Positions 1 through 10,518 of a stretch of 64,000 nt of DNA are shown in pieces. The DNA lies in contig CALXEW010000004.1 in NCBI GenBank assembly GCA_944387435.1, positions 23,401-87,400 of the forward strand, in the 5' to 3' direction. Origin of the DNA: an uncultured Clostridia bacterium (lineage in GTDB: Bacteria; Bacillota; Clostridia; TANB77; CAG-508). Each line of letters begins with the position of its first letter. Positions within the stretch are counted from its first letter, which is position 1. Both the position numbers and the translations under genes were made by a program. The notes below the pieces were generated by a model that was given only the letters and a program-made list of their open reading frames with translations, searched no databases and had not been told where the DNA came from.

Positions 1-2
1 AA

Positions 3-104
3 AAATTAAATAAAGTTTTAAATAATTATTTAAAGGAAGTATATCAAAAAGATTTGAAAGAAATAAGAATATCTATTGATGTGAATCCTAATAATATGGC
101 GTAG
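3..104 (+). CDS. priA: 3' end of probable primosomal protein N' (partial)
   Basis: Open frame ending ...IRISIDVNPNNMA*, resembling the PriA C-terminus. priA-def-fmt is the usual Firmicute order. Confidence 0.65.
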   Translation, partial: KLNKVLNNYLKEVYQKDLKEIRISIDVNPNNMA

Positions 105-132
105 ATGTTTTTTAGGACGGGCTTAAAAAACA
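103..132. repeat. GGACGGG-core palindromic intergenic repeat, copy 1
   Basis: agatgttttttaggacgggcttaaaaaaca is near-identical to 13637-13669 and to the reverse complement of 51608-51637. Confidence 0.85.
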
Positions 133-158
133 GGTTAAAAGGAAAGGAGTAAAAAAGA

Positions 159-644
159 ATGGCTATAAGAAATTTAAGATATGAAGGAGACGAAATATTA
201 AAAAAGAAATCAAGAGAAGTTCCTAAAGAAGATATTTTGACTGAAAAAATACAAGTATTAATAGATGACATGATAGATACTATGCATAAATATAATGGAG
301 TAGGATTAGCAGCTGTACAAGTTGGTGTTTTAAAAAGAGTTATTGTAATAGATTTATATGATGATAAAGGTCCAATAGTTTTAATAAATCCAATAATAAC
401 GAAAACAAAAGGAGAGCAAGAAGTAGAAGAGGGGTGTTTAAGTTTTCCTAACCAATTTGCAAAAGTTGTAAGACCTGCTGAAGTTGTAGCAGAATATATA
501 GATAGGAATGGAAAGAAAATGAAGGTGCATGCAAAAGAATTACTTGCACAAGCAATAGCTCATGAGGTAGACCATTTAAATGGAGAGCTTTTTGTAGATA
601 AAATTTTACCTGGTACATTAGAGTATATAGAACCAGAGGAATAA
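159..644 (+). CDS. def: Peptide deformylase
   Basis: GVGLAA, EGCLS and HEVDH motifs; AAGGAG RBS. Confidence 0.97.
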   Translation: MAIRNLRYEGDEILKKKSREVPKEDILTEKIQVLIDDMIDTMHKYNGVGLAAVQVGVLKRVIVIDLYDDKGPIVLINPIITKTKGEQEVEEGCLSFPNQFAKVVRPAEVVAEYIDRNGKKMKVHAKELLAQAIAHEVDHLNGELFVDKILPGTLEYIEPEE

Positions 645-723
645 TATAATGCTAATTAAAGATGTTCTTTTTGTCATTTTGTAACAAAATTAGGGATACA
701 TCTTGAAAAGGAAAGGAAAAGAT

Positions 724-1680
724 ATGAAAATAGTTTTTATGGGAACTCCGGATTTTGCAAAAGAGAGTTTAGAGGCAATTTACAATGCTGGATATGAAAT
801 TATAAAAGTTGTAACTAACCCAGATAGACCTCAAGGTAGAGGAATGAAGTTAAAAATATCTCCTGTTAAAGAATTTGCATTAGAAAAAGGATTGGATGTA
901 GTGCAACCCGAGAAAGTAAAAAAGAATGAAGAATTTATTGATAGTATAAGAACTCTAAATCCTGATATAATATGTGTTGTAGCCTATGGAAAAATTTTGC
1001 CAAAAGAAATTTTGGAAATTCCAAAGCTTGGATGTATTAATGTTCATGGTTCACTGCTTCCAAAATATAGAGGAGCAGCACCTATACAATGGGCTGTACT
1101 AAATGGAGATAAGGAAACTGGAATTACAACAATGTATATGGACGAAGGAATGGATACAGGGGACATGATATTAAAAGAAAAAGTTGAAATAGGAGAAAAT
1201 GAAACAACAGGAGAATTGTGGGATAGATTATCTAAACTTGGAGGAAGGCTTTTAGTAAAAACTTTACAACAAATAGAAAATGGAACAGCACCTAGAGAAA
1301 AACAAGGAGAGAATTTTACAGTTGCGCCAATGCTTGATAAAAAAATGGCTAAAATAGACTGGGAAAATAAAAATGCAAAAGAAATTAAGAATTTGGTTAG
1401 AGGCTTAAATCCTATTATGGGAGCATATACATTTTTGAATGGCAAGAAAATTAAATTTTGGAAAGTAGATGTTGCAAAAAGTAATGAGATAATGTTTGGA
1501 AATGATAGTCCTTTAAGAAATGGAACAGTTTTAGTTTCAGACCAAAGAGATGGATTATTTATAAAAACTAAAGATGGGATTTTAAAAGTGTTAGAGATAC
1601 AAGGAGAGAATGCAAAAAGAATGCAAATAAACGATTTCTTAAGAGGAAATAAAATTAACGAAATGGAAGTATTTGAGTAA
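724..1680 (+). CDS. fmt: Methionyl-tRNA formyltransferase
   Basis: MKIVFMGTPDFA N-terminus and HGSLLPKYRGAAPIQW. Start moved to ATG 724. Confidence 0.97.
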   Translation: MKIVFMGTPDFAKESLEAIYNAGYEIIKVVTNPDRPQGRGMKLKISPVKEFALEKGLDVVQPEKVKKNEEFIDSIRTLNPDIICVVAYGKILPKEILEIPKLGCINVHGSLLPKYRGAAPIQWAVLNGDKETGITTMYMDEGMDTGDMILKEKVEIGENETTGELWDRLSKLGGRLLVKTLQQIENGTAPREKQGENFTVAPMLDKKMAKIDWENKNAKEIKNLVRGLNPIMGAYTFLNGKKIKFWKVDVAKSNEIMFGNDSPLRNGTVLVSDQRDGLFIKTKDGILKVLEIQGENAKRMQINDFLRGNKINEMEVFE

Positions 1681-1733
1681 AGAAGCCTATATATAGTATT
1701 AAATGTAATTAAAATAAAATATTTAATAAAAGT

Positions 1734-1766
1734 GTCTAGTTTTTACTAGACTTTTATTTTTTTTTT
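1734..1766 (+). terminator. Intrinsic terminator
   Basis: GTCTAGT-tttt-ACTAGAC hairpin followed by a T-run. Confidence 0.6.
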
Positions 1767-1808
1767 ATGTATAATAATGAGGAAATGTAAAATTCGGAGG
1801 TCTTCAAA

Positions 1809-3464
1809 ATGTATGAAAGAAGTGCGATTGTTTTAGAAAACTACTTTGAAAAAATATTAGGTTTAAATAAAGATAATAATTTAAGAAATAACTATGAAAA
1901 TTACAATCGATTAATTGAGGAAATAAAGGAATACCAAAGAATCATAGGGGAAGAAGAAAAAGTAATAGAAAAATTTGAGGAGTCAGCTTCTGAAATAGAA
2001 GGTTTACAAAGTAAGCAAAAAAAGATTTATGATGTAAATATAAAAGTTGAAGAAGAAAGAAATGAATTATTTAATGATTTGAGTGAAAACACTAGTTCAC
2101 TAGATCAAAGATTACAAAAAATAGAAGATATAGTAGATAAAAACAATGAAAGTTTAAAAGATTTAAGAGAGAAATATGTAAAGTCATTGATTATATTTAC
2201 TGAAAGACAAAGAGAAAGAAATAAATATGCACGTATGCATAGGACATCAGAAACAAGTTATTTAAACCTTTTAAAACAAATAAAAGCTGATTTTGAAAAA
2301 TTTGATTATAAACAGCTACAGAACGCAAAAAGTTTTGTGGATAATTATAAAGCAAAAAATGAAGAATTAGTAGAGATTATGCTAAAAAATGGAAGAAACG
2401 AGAGAGTTCCTTTTGATGAAGAGGTAATTAAAGTAGCAGTAGAAGAGAGAAGTAAAATTGCTAAAGAAGAAGCGGAATTATATATTAGTGTGTATGATAG
2501 AATGAAGAGATTGCTTTCAGAAGTAGATAGTGGAAATATAAAATTAGCAAAATCTGAAAAATTATTAAGAGATGTAAGTGTAAAATTAGCATTTTTACAA
2601 TCTAAAAAGGAATATATAATAGTATTCTTGGACAATGAAAGAATGACTGCTATAAATGGAAAAAAAGCACATGCAAGATTAATGGAAGAAGCTTGTAAAA
2701 ATTTCCTATTAGATATAGAGCAAATCAACAATTTGTATGAATTAATAAAAAAGGAAACTGTAGGAAAAGCAACAAAAAAAGCATATAAAGAACTATATAA
2801 TAAAACATATTTAAGAGATATAGAAGATAAAGAAAAAGACTTTGAAGAAGAGGCAACAAATATAAAAATTAATATGGGAACACTTATTAACTTTAACTAT
2901 TGGAGAATTGAAGGAGTAAAAAATGTATATAATACATTCCAAGAAGAAGTAAGTGAAAAATTCAATAAAGATTTATCAGAATATAGAATAGAAGAATTAG
3001 ATAGTATAATAGAAGATAAAGAAGAGAAAATAGAGTCAAAAGAAAAAGTTAAAACATCTAAAATAGAAGAGTTAATTGCTTCTTATGGAAATAAAGAAGT
3101 AGGTAAGAGTGATGATGATAACTACTACGAAGAAGATGACGAAGACGGCAAAGATGTAGATGACGATTATGAAGACGTGGTTTTTGATGAAGAGGAAGAA
3201 GCAGATATTAATAATTCAGGTAATGACTATGAGGAAGAAGAATACGAAGAAGAATCTTATGATGATGACGAGTACTATGATGACGAAGATTATTATGAAG
3301 ATGATGAAGATAACGAATATGACGAAGAGGAAATTATAGAAGAAGACGATGATATAACAGAAGAGAAAATAGACCAATTAATAAAAAATAGTAGGAAATC
3401 AAATAAAAAGAGAAAAGACAATAAGCAAGAAAAAGGATTGTTTGGAAAATTATTTAAAAAATAA
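1809..3464 (+). CDS. Hypothetical coiled-coil protein with long Asp/Glu/Tyr-rich C-terminal tract
   Basis: 551-aa ORF, GGAGG RBS, acidic low-complexity region then basic tail (GLFGKLFKK). Confidence 0.8.
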   Translation: MYERSAIVLENYFEKILGLNKDNNLRNNYENYNRLIEEIKEYQRIIGEEEKVIEKFEESASEIEGLQSKQKKIYDVNIKVEEERNELFNDLSENTSSLDQRLQKIEDIVDKNNESLKDLREKYVKSLIIFTERQRERNKYARMHRTSETSYLNLLKQIKADFEKFDYKQLQNAKSFVDNYKAKNEELVEIMLKNGRNERVPFDEEVIKVAVEERSKIAKEEAELYISVYDRMKRLLSEVDSGNIKLAKSEKLLRDVSVKLAFLQSKKEYIIVFLDNERMTAINGKKAHARLMEEACKNFLLDIEQINNLYELIKKETVGKATKKAYKELYNKTYLRDIEDKEKDFEEEATNIKINMGTLINFNYWRIEGVKNVYNTFQEEVSEKFNKDLSEYRIEELDSIIEDKEEKIESKEKVKTSKIEELIASYGNKEVGKSDDDNYYEEDDEDGKDVDDDYEDVVFDEEEEADINNSGNDYEEEEYEEESYDDDEYYDDEDYYEDDEDNEYDEEEIIEEDDDITEEKIDQLIKNSRKSNKKRKDNKQEKGLFGKLFKK

Positions 3465-3481
3465 AAAGAGAGGTTTGTGAT

Positions 3482-4210
3482 ATGATAAAAATAAATAATG
3501 TATCAAAATCATATGTAAAAGGAAAGAAATCAATAGATGATTTGAATATGGAAATAAAAGATGGAGAGATATTTGGTTTTTTAGGACCCAATGGTGCAGG
3601 AAAGACTACTACAATAAAAATAATAACAGGAATATTAAATCCTGACGAAGGTGATATTCTAATTGACGGAAAAAGTATTACAAAACAGCCATTAGAAGCC
3701 AAAAGAGAATTTGGATTTGTTCCAGATAGTCCGGACATGTTTTTAAAACTAAAGGGAATAGAATATTTGAACTTTTTAGCAGATATATATGAAATACCAA
3801 ATGAGAAAAGAAAAGAAAGAATAGAAACTTTAACTAAAAAGTTTGAAATATATGAGAATTTAAATAGTGAAATACAAAGTTATTCACATGGTATGAGACA
3901 AAAGGTTGTAATATGCGGAGTATTATTAAATAATCCAAGAAATTGGATATTAGATGAACCGATGACTGGTTTAGACCCTAAATCGTCTCATGATTTAAAA
4001 GAGATGATGAGAGAACATAGTAAAAACGGAAATACTGTATTTTTCTCAACTCATGTGTTAGAAGTTGCAGAAAAACTTTGCGATAGAGTAGGAATTATAA
4101 ATAAAGGAAAATTAGTATTTGTTGGAACTTTTGAAGAAATGAAAAATAAATTTAAAGAAAATAAATCATTAGAAGATTTATTCTTGGAGATAACGGAAAA
4201 TGAAGAGTAA
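3482..4210 (+). CDS. ABC transporter ATP-binding protein
   Basis: Walker A GPNGAGKTT, YSHGM signature, ILDEP Walker B. Confidence 0.95.
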   Translation: MIKINNVSKSYVKGKKSIDDLNMEIKDGEIFGFLGPNGAGKTTTIKIITGILNPDEGDILIDGKSITKQPLEAKREFGFVPDSPDMFLKLKGIEYLNFLADIYEIPNEKRKERIETLTKKFEIYENLNSEIQSYSHGMRQKVVICGVLLNNPRNWILDEPMTGLDPKSSHDLKEMMREHSKNGNTVFFSTHVLEVAEKLCDRVGIINKGKLVFVGTFEEMKNKFKENKSLEDLFLEITENEE

Positions 4211-5867
4211 AGTAATTAGCTTAACAAAAGTAATTTTTAAAAATTCCTTCCAGAACATGGAAACCGCTAAATCAACAAATGAAAACAAAAATAAGAAATC
4301 AGCTGGAATGATAATCTTATATGCTTTTGTATTTATATATTTAGCGGGAATAGTTGGTGTATTCAGTAACGGGGTAATAAAGGAATTAATTGAAATTAAT
4401 CAAGAGCAAATGTTTTTAGGATTAATTCTACTTGCAATAGCATTTTTGGTATTAATACAAAGTATATTTTCAGCAATAAATATATTATATTATTCTAAAG
4501 ATAATGAATATATTTTGCCATTGCCAATAAAACCAAGTCAGATTGTAGCAGCAAAAACTAATGTATTGTTACTTACAGAGTATTTTGTGGTTGCAATAAT
4601 AGGATTAATACCTTTAACAATATATGGAATATTAACTAGTGCAAATATTTTATATTATATATCAATGATAGTTATATTGGTAACGTTCCCAATTATCCCA
4701 ACATTAATATCAAGTTTACTTGTATTAATAGTAATGAGTTTTGCTAAATTTACCAAAAATAGAAATAGATTTCAATTAATTGCAACAATATTTATTTTAG
4801 TAGTTGTATGCGCATTATCATTTACAGTTAATGATACAAATACAACTCCAGAACAATTAGTTGCAATGATAACTAAGGCTAATGGGCTAGTAGAAATGTT
4901 AAGAGGTGCTTTCCCAACTTTAGGAATGGCAATAGAAGGAATAACAAATGTAAATGCTGTAAGTCAGTTATTTAATTTATTATTGTTAGTAGTTACAACC
5001 GCAGTTGTATATGCTATTTATATACTAATAGGACAAAAGCTATATTTAAAAGGAGCTGTTGGTAATCTTTCTAGTGGAAAGAAAACTAAAAAGAAATTTG
5101 ATAAAGAAAAAGCATTTAAAAAAAGCTCTCTTACAAAAACGTATGTTGGAAAAGAATTGAAAACATTAATTAGAAACCCAATATTTTTTATGCAATGTGT
5201 ATTACCAGCGATTCTTTTTCCAATATTAATGATAGTACTTACATTTGCAGGAATAAAAGGAGAACAAAATGGAGTTCCTACTGATATTGCGAGTATGATA
5301 CCAGATAAAACAACAATATATTTAGGATTAGCTATACTATGTAGCATACAGTTTTTCTTAATGTTTATATATATTTCAGCAACAGCAATATCTAGAGATG
5401 GTCAAAATGCAACATTTATGAAATATATACCAGTTCCACTTATGAAACAAATAGATTATAAGGTTATTCCAAATATTATAATGACAACATTTATGAGTAT
5501 TCTTACAGTTGTAATAGTCGAGTATTTATTAAGAATACCAATTGTATATATTTTATTAATTACTATAGCTGCAATAATGATGGGAGTACTTCAAAGTTAT
5601 ATATCAATAATAGTAGATTTAAAGAAACCAAAATTAGAGTGGAGTTCTGAATACGCAGTTGTAAAGCAAAATATGAACTTGATTTGGCCAGTAGTACTAG
5701 GAATGTTAAATATTACAATAATTGTTATTTTAACATTATTATTAGGCAATTTTATAAATAGTTATATTTTTATATTATTAATTGCAGTAGTGTATTTATT
5801 ATTAACAATGATTGTAAGAAATTATATTAAAAAGAATATAACAAAATTATTTGATAAGATTTATTAG
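4200..5867 (+). CDS. ABC-2 type transporter permease
   Basis: Many hydrophobic segments; overlaps the ATPase gene. Confidence 0.85.
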   Translation: MKSKVISLTKVIFKNSFQNMETAKSTNENKNKKSAGMIILYAFVFIYLAGIVGVFSNGVIKELIEINQEQMFLGLILLAIAFLVLIQSIFSAINILYYSKDNEYILPLPIKPSQIVAAKTNVLLLTEYFVVAIIGLIPLTIYGILTSANILYYISMIVILVTFPIIPTLISSLLVLIVMSFAKFTKNRNRFQLIATIFILVVVCALSFTVNDTNTTPEQLVAMITKANGLVEMLRGAFPTLGMAIEGITNVNAVSQLFNLLLLVVTTAVVYAIYILIGQKLYLKGAVGNLSSGKKTKKKFDKEKAFKKSSLTKTYVGKELKTLIRNPIFFMQCVLPAILFPILMIVLTFAGIKGEQNGVPTDIASMIPDKTTIYLGLAILCSIQFFLMFIYISATAISRDGQNATFMKYIPVPLMKQIDYKVIPNIIMTTFMSILTVVIVEYLLRIPIVYILLITIAAIMMGVLQSYISIIVDLKKPKLEWSSEYAVVKQNMNLIWPVVLGMLNITIIVILTLLLGNFINSYIFILLIAVVYLLLTMIVRNYIKKNITKLFDKIY

Positions 5868-5903
5868 AAATAAAATATTAACAAAAAGTAAAAATATTCT
5901 CTA

Positions 5904-5932
5904 TTGACAAAATAATATTAATAGTATAATAT
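5904..5932 (+). promoter_or_regulatory. Sigma-A-like promoter
   Basis: TTGACA at 5904; TATAAT at 5925 (or TAATAT at 5927 with a 17-nt spacer). Confidence 0.6.
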
Positions 5933-5969
5933 TTTATTGAAAACTAAAGAAAAGGAAAAGGACAAAAGT

Positions 5970-6032
5970 ATGGAAAAAGTAAAACTTGAAAGCCTTGAGG
6001 CTGTACACACACACACACACACACACAAGTAG
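5970..6032 (+). CDS. Putative leader peptide MEKVKLESLEAVHTHTHTHK
   Basis: ATG at 5970 after AAAGGA; spans the (AC)11 tract; TAG at 6030-6032. Confidence 0.5.
   Translation: MEKVKLESLEAVHTHTHTHK
6005..6027. repeat. (AC)11 simple sequence repeat
   Basis: Perfect dinucleotide tract; the only one seen in this AT-rich window. Confidence 0.95.
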
Positions 6033-6065
6033 GTTATTAATAAATAAAAAAAGAAGAAAAATGAT

Positions 6066-6117
6066 AAAGAAGATAGTGATGAAACCTAAGAAATAGGTTT
6101 TGTTGCTGTCTTTTTTG
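6066..6117 (+). terminator. Long G-U-rich hairpin with U-tract in the pilin-gene leader (attenuator-like)
   Basis: aaagaagatagtgatgaaaccta / taggttttgttgctgtctttttt pair over about 23 bp, using G-U pairs that form only in the + strand RNA. Confidence 0.7.
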
Positions 6118-6179
6118 TGTTTAAAAAAAGTTTTTAAATTTCAAAAATAAATAAAAAATATGGAGGAGGAAAAAGAAAA

Positions 6180-7334
6180 ATGAGAAGAAACAAAAGAATA
6201 TTAAAAAGAAAGGAAAAGGGAATTACATTAATTGCACTTGTAATTACAATTATTGTCTTACTTATACTTGCAGGAGTGTCAATTGCGATGCTAACAGGAG
6301 AAAACGGAATACTTTCGCAAGCACAAAGAGCAAAAAGTGAGACAGAGAATGCACAAGCAGAAGAAGAAAATATATTATCAAATTATGAAAGTGTTTTAAA
6401 TAGTTATAGTGGAGAAAATACAGAATTTATAGATGACCTTGGAAATAAAGTAGTAGTTCCAGCAGGATTTAAAGTAGTAAATCCAGAAGATAATGTAGAA
6501 GATGGAATAGTAATAGAGGATGTGACACATGTAGCAACAACAGGAAGTCAGTTTGTATGGATACCAGTAGGAGAAAATATAAAAAAGTCAGATGGAACGA
6601 CATTTGATATAATATTAGGAAGATATGTATTTAATGAAGATGGATTTATAAATACAGAATTGTCACAAAAAGAACCAGACGGACAATTAAGACAAAATTT
6701 AACAACGTCATATTATTGCACAGAAGGATTAAAGAATAGTGAAACAAATAATACTCATAGCAAAGATATAGTATCATTTATATCAAGTGTAAATGATAAT
6801 GGAGGATATTATATAGGAAGATATGAGGCAAGGACAGAAATAGAAAGAAGTAGTAGAGAAGATTTATTAACGCAAATAACGGTAAAACCTAATGATTATG
6901 TGTATAATTATGTAACACAGGCACAAGCAGCAAAAGAAAGCCAAAAGATGTATAATGATAATAATTTTACAAGTGATTTAATAAATAGCTATGCATGGGA
7001 TACAGCAATAGTATTTTTACAAGAATGTGACGACAGAAACGATAACACAATTCCATATTCAATGCAAACAAAAATAACATCAGATTTTGGACCTAAGGGA
7101 ACAAATAATTTAAATACAAAAGATGAAATTTGCAATGTTTTTGATATGGCAAGTAATTGTTCAGAATGGACTACAGAGACAAATAGTAATAAGAGTAAAC
7201 CTTGTATTTTTAGAGGAGGATATTATAGAGATACTAGTCCAGGATTTAATGTTGCTAATAGAGCTACTGTAATCATAGATGGAAGTAACGACAATATTTC
7301 TTTTAGACCTATTCTAAGTTTAAAAACAAAATAG
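6180..7334 (+). CDS. Type IV pilin-like N-terminus fused to FGE-sulfatase/C-type-lectin-like domain
   Basis: KG|ITLIALVITIIVLLILAGVSI prepilin-like segment; C-terminal DMASNCSEW...RGG...SFRP. Paralog of 48818-49903. Confidence 0.8.
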   Translation: MRRNKRILKRKEKGITLIALVITIIVLLILAGVSIAMLTGENGILSQAQRAKSETENAQAEEENILSNYESVLNSYSGENTEFIDDLGNKVVVPAGFKVVNPEDNVEDGIVIEDVTHVATTGSQFVWIPVGENIKKSDGTTFDIILGRYVFNEDGFINTELSQKEPDGQLRQNLTTSYYCTEGLKNSETNNTHSKDIVSFISSVNDNGGYYIGRYEARTEIERSSREDLLTQITVKPNDYVYNYVTQAQAAKESQKMYNDNNFTSDLINSYAWDTAIVFLQECDDRNDNTIPYSMQTKITSDFGPKGTNNLNTKDEICNVFDMASNCSEWTTETNSNKSKPCIFRGGYYRDTSPGFNVANRATVIIDGSNDNISFRPILSLKTK

Positions 7335-7475
7335 AAAATTAATATAGAGTAATGTTTTTAATAAGAGTTAAAAGATATTTAAGTTATTATACTTGATATC
7401 TTTTTTATTTGACTGTTTTTCCTTGAAAAATATTATTAAATTTAATATAATTGTAAAAAAGTTTAGGAGATAAAT

Positions 7476-8705
7476 ATGGAAATAAAAGAAATTGCAAAGA
7501 AGATTAGTGGAGCAGGAGGAAGGCTCTATCTGGTTGGCGGTGCAGTACGTGATAAATTATTAAAAAGGTCTAATTATGACGAGGATTATTGTGTAGTAGG
7601 TTTAAATGGTTTAGAGTTTAATAAATTATTTCCTGAGGCTAAATTAGATGGAAAAGCATTTCCTGTATTTAGGTTGTATGGCAGAGAATTTGCAATAGCA
7701 AGAAAAGAAAAAAAGATAGGTGTGGGACATAAAGAATTTGAGATTATTTCAGGAAAAGAAATAACTTTGAAAGAAGATTTAGAAAGAAGAGATGTAACAA
7801 TAAATGCAATGGCGGAAGATGTACTTTCTGGAGAATTATTTGACTATTTTGATGGAAAAAGAGATTTAGAAAGAAGAGTAATTAGGGCAATAGGAGAGCA
7901 TTTTAAAGAAGACCCATTAAGAGTATATAGAGTTGCGAGATTTAGTAGTAGTTTGAAGTTTAACGTAGATAGTAATACAATAAATATGATGCATGAGTTA
8001 AAATCAGAATTAAAATATCTATCTGTTGAAAGAGTTTTTGCAGAATTTGAAAAAGCTTTGAACTCTGATAAACCATCTATATTTTTTGATGTCCTAAAAG
8101 AAGCTGAAGTTCTAGATGTGCATTTTATGCCAATATATAAATTAATAGGAGCTTTGCAACCAGAAAAGTATCATCCAGAAGGAGATGCTTATAATCATAC
8201 AATGATAGCTTTGGATAAATCTTGTTATATGACAAATGATTTAAAAATACGTTTTAGTGTCTTAGTTCATGATTTAGGAAAAGGAGAAACACCAAGAGAA
8301 AAATATCCACATCACTATGGTCATGAAGAGAGAGGCGTAGAAGTAGTAAGAAGATTTTGTGATTATTTAAAGATACCTACCGCTTGGAAAAAATGTGGAA
8401 TTACAGCAGCAAGAGAACATATGAGAGGTGGAATATTTAATAAAATGAAACCATCTAAAAGAGTAGAATTTATAGAAAGAGTAGATAAATCATATTTAGG
8501 ATTAGAAGGACTACAGATAGTAGTAGACTGCGATAAAGGAGAAAGGACAGAAAATGATTTGAATTTCTTATCTATAGGTAAGGAATGTCTATCTTATGTA
8601 ACAGCAGAAAAAGTAGCTAAAAAATATGATTTAAAGCCAGGAATAGCTTTAGGGAAAAAACTTCATGAAGAAAGAGTTACATGGATGAAAAAGTTGACAA
8701 AATAG
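7476..8705 (+). CDS. cca: CCA tRNA nucleotidyltransferase with HD domain
   Basis: LVGGAVRD, RRDVTINAM, EDPLRVYR, HPEGD and HDLGK motifs. Confidence 0.9.
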   Translation: MEIKEIAKKISGAGGRLYLVGGAVRDKLLKRSNYDEDYCVVGLNGLEFNKLFPEAKLDGKAFPVFRLYGREFAIARKEKKIGVGHKEFEIISGKEITLKEDLERRDVTINAMAEDVLSGELFDYFDGKRDLERRVIRAIGEHFKEDPLRVYRVARFSSSLKFNVDSNTINMMHELKSELKYLSVERVFAEFEKALNSDKPSIFFDVLKEAEVLDVHFMPIYKLIGALQPEKYHPEGDAYNHTMIALDKSCYMTNDLKIRFSVLVHDLGKGETPREKYPHHYGHEERGVEVVRRFCDYLKIPTAWKKCGITAAREHMRGGIFNKMKPSKRVEFIERVDKSYLGLEGLQIVVDCDKGERTENDLNFLSIGKECLSYVTAEKVAKKYDLKPGIALGKKLHEERVTWMKKLTK

Positions 8706-8722
8706 CTAAAAAATGGCATAAT
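8694..8722 (+). promoter_or_regulatory. Sigma-A promoter of metK
   Basis: TTGACA, 17-nt spacer ending in TG-g, then CATAAT. Confidence 0.65.
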
Positions 8723-8760
8723 AGTAGACGTTAGAAGAATTAGAAAGAAGGGTATTATAT

Positions 8761-9870
8761 ATGGAAAAATATTATTTTACATCAGAAAGTGTAACAGAAG
8801 GACATCCAGATAAATTATGTGACTATATATCAGATAGTATATTAGATGCATATTTAGAGCAAGATAAAAATGCAAGAGTTGCTGTAGAAACATTTGCATC
8901 AGGAAATAAGATTACAATAGCAGGGCAAGTGACAGCTAATGGACAAGTTGATATAGAAGAATTGGTAAGAAGTAAAATAAAGGAAATAGGTTTTGATAAT
9001 GCTAAAACTGATATTGACTACAGAACTTGTAAGATAGATGTAGATATAACAAAACAGAGTCCTGATATAGCCTTAGGAGTGGATATTGGAGGAGCAGGAG
9101 ACCAAGGAATAATGTTTGGTTATGCAAGTTCGGAAACGGAAGAATATATGCCATATGCAATAAGTATGGCTCATAAATTAGCAAAAAGATTGACTGATGT
9201 TAGAAAAGAAGGAATTTTAGATTATTTAAGACCAGATGGAAAAACACAAGTAACAGTAGAGTATGAAGATGATATTCCTAAAAGAATAGAAACAATATTA
9301 ATATCTACTCAACACTTAGATGGAATAGTACAAGAAAAAATAAGAGAAGATATAATAAGAGAAGTGATTAACTTTGTTATTCCAAAAAATATGATAGATG
9401 AAAATACAAAAATCTATGTAAATCCTACTGGAAGATTTGTAATTGGAGGACCTTTAGGAGATACTGGACTTACTGGTAGAAAGATAATAGTAGATACATA
9501 TGGTGGATATAGTAGACATGGAGGAGGATGCTTCTCAGGAAAAGACCCAAGTAAAGTAGACAGGAGTGGAGCATATATGCTTCGTCATATAGCAAAAAAC
9601 CTTGTTGCAAATAATTACTGTAAAAAATGTGAAATACAGATAGCCTATGCAATAGGTATGAAAGAACCATTATCAGTTTATGTTAATACTTTTGGAACAG
9701 GAACAAAAACTGAAGAAGAATTAGTAAATATAGTAAAAGAAAAATTTGACTTAACTCCTGCTGGAATTATAAAATATTTAGATTTAAAAAGACCAATATA
9801 TGAAAAAACAACCAACTATGGTCATTTCGGAAAAAAAGATTTGCCTTGGGAAAAAATCATAGAAATGTAA
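8761..9870 (+). CDS. metK: S-adenosylmethionine synthetase
   Basis: [19 protein letters not shown] and GGGCFSGKD motifs. Confidence 0.97.
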   Translation: MEKYYFTSESVTEGHPDKLCDYISDSILDAYLEQDKNARVAVETFASGNKITIAGQVTANGQVDIEELVRSKIKEIGFDNAKTDIDYRTCKIDVDITKQSPDIALGVDIGGAGDQGIMFGYASSETEEYMPYAISMAHKLAKRLTDVRKEGILDYLRPDGKTQVTVEYEDDIPKRIETILISTQHLDGIVQEKIREDIIREVINFVIPKNMIDENTKIYVNPTGRFVIGGPLGDTGLTGRKIIVDTYGGYSRHGGGCFSGKDPSKVDRSGAYMLRHIAKNLVANNYCKKCEIQIAYAIGMKEPLSVYVNTFGTGTKTEEELVNIVKEKFDLTPAGIIKYLDLKRPIYEKTTNYGHFGKKDLPWEKIIEM

Positions 9871-9874
9871 AATA

Positions 9875-9903
9875 TTGACAATAAACAGCTAAAGTGTTAT
9901 AAT
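9875..9903 (+). promoter_or_regulatory. Consensus sigma-A promoter
   Basis: TTGACA, 17 nt, TATAAT, with an extended -10 TG. Confidence 0.8.
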
Positions 9904-10008
9904 TAAAATCTACATATTTGTAGAAAGAGGTGGCTGATGAAAAAAGCATTGCTTTTTGATTCTAAACCTCAATGGTAGGTTCTGTGTAAGACGATATGGG
10001 AGGCAAAA

Positions 10009-10431
10009 ATGAAGCAGAACGAAATTGCCAGACAGTATGCTGTGAGACAGCTTGAACAGGGGTATGGCTGGCGTAGTAGTGACATCGAACAGATGATGAA
10101 TCTGTTTCAGGAAAATGAGAAGGTGGATCGGGAGTATATTGTGCTCGAAAAAGTGGCTAAATATCCAAACCACATTCTTGGTGGCTGGACATGGAGCAGA
10201 ATCATGGATAATCTTCTATTTAACAATGCAATTATGTTCCAGATAGAGGATTTCTATGAAAGAGTTTATCCAATGCTCAAGAAGAAGTTATTGCTTGGTG
10301 AGTATGAAACCGAAAAACCAATCTGGATTGTTATGCGAGCCAATGAACTCAAGCCGGATACGGTATATTCGTTCATTACTAGCTATGCTGGTCACAAGGA
10401 TTGTATTGTGATGGCAATTAACGAAATATAA
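10009..10431 (+). CDS. Orphan hypothetical protein, GC-richer than its neighbours
   Basis: GGGAGG RBS, own promoter and terminator; in-frame CGG at 10129. Confidence 0.7.
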   Translation: MKQNEIARQYAVRQLEQGYGWRSSDIEQMMNLFQENEKVDREYIVLEKVAKYPNHILGGWTWSRIMDNLLFNNAIMFQIEDFYERVYPMLKKKLLLGEYETEKPIWIVMRANELKPDTVYSFITSYAGHKDCIVMAINEI

Positions 10432-10437
10432 CGTTAG

Positions 10438-10479
10438 AGAGACTCAAAAGAAAGGTTAATCCTTTTTTTGGGTCTCTTT
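10438..10479 (+). terminator. Intrinsic terminator
   Basis: AGAGACTCAAAAGAAAGG-ttaat-CCTTTTTTTGGGTCTCT hairpin. Confidence 0.65.
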
Positions 10480-10518
10480 ACATGGCGGGGATAAATTTAA
10501 ATTTATGTAATATTTAAT

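Noticed and set aside
8722..8760. SAM riboswitch upstream of metK
   Set aside because: The leader between promoter and ATG is under 40 nt and has no S-box motifs.
9934..9960. Hammerhead ribozyme (CTGATGA plus stem)
   Set aside because: The required GAAA after stem II is absent, and the paralogous leader lacks CTGATGA.
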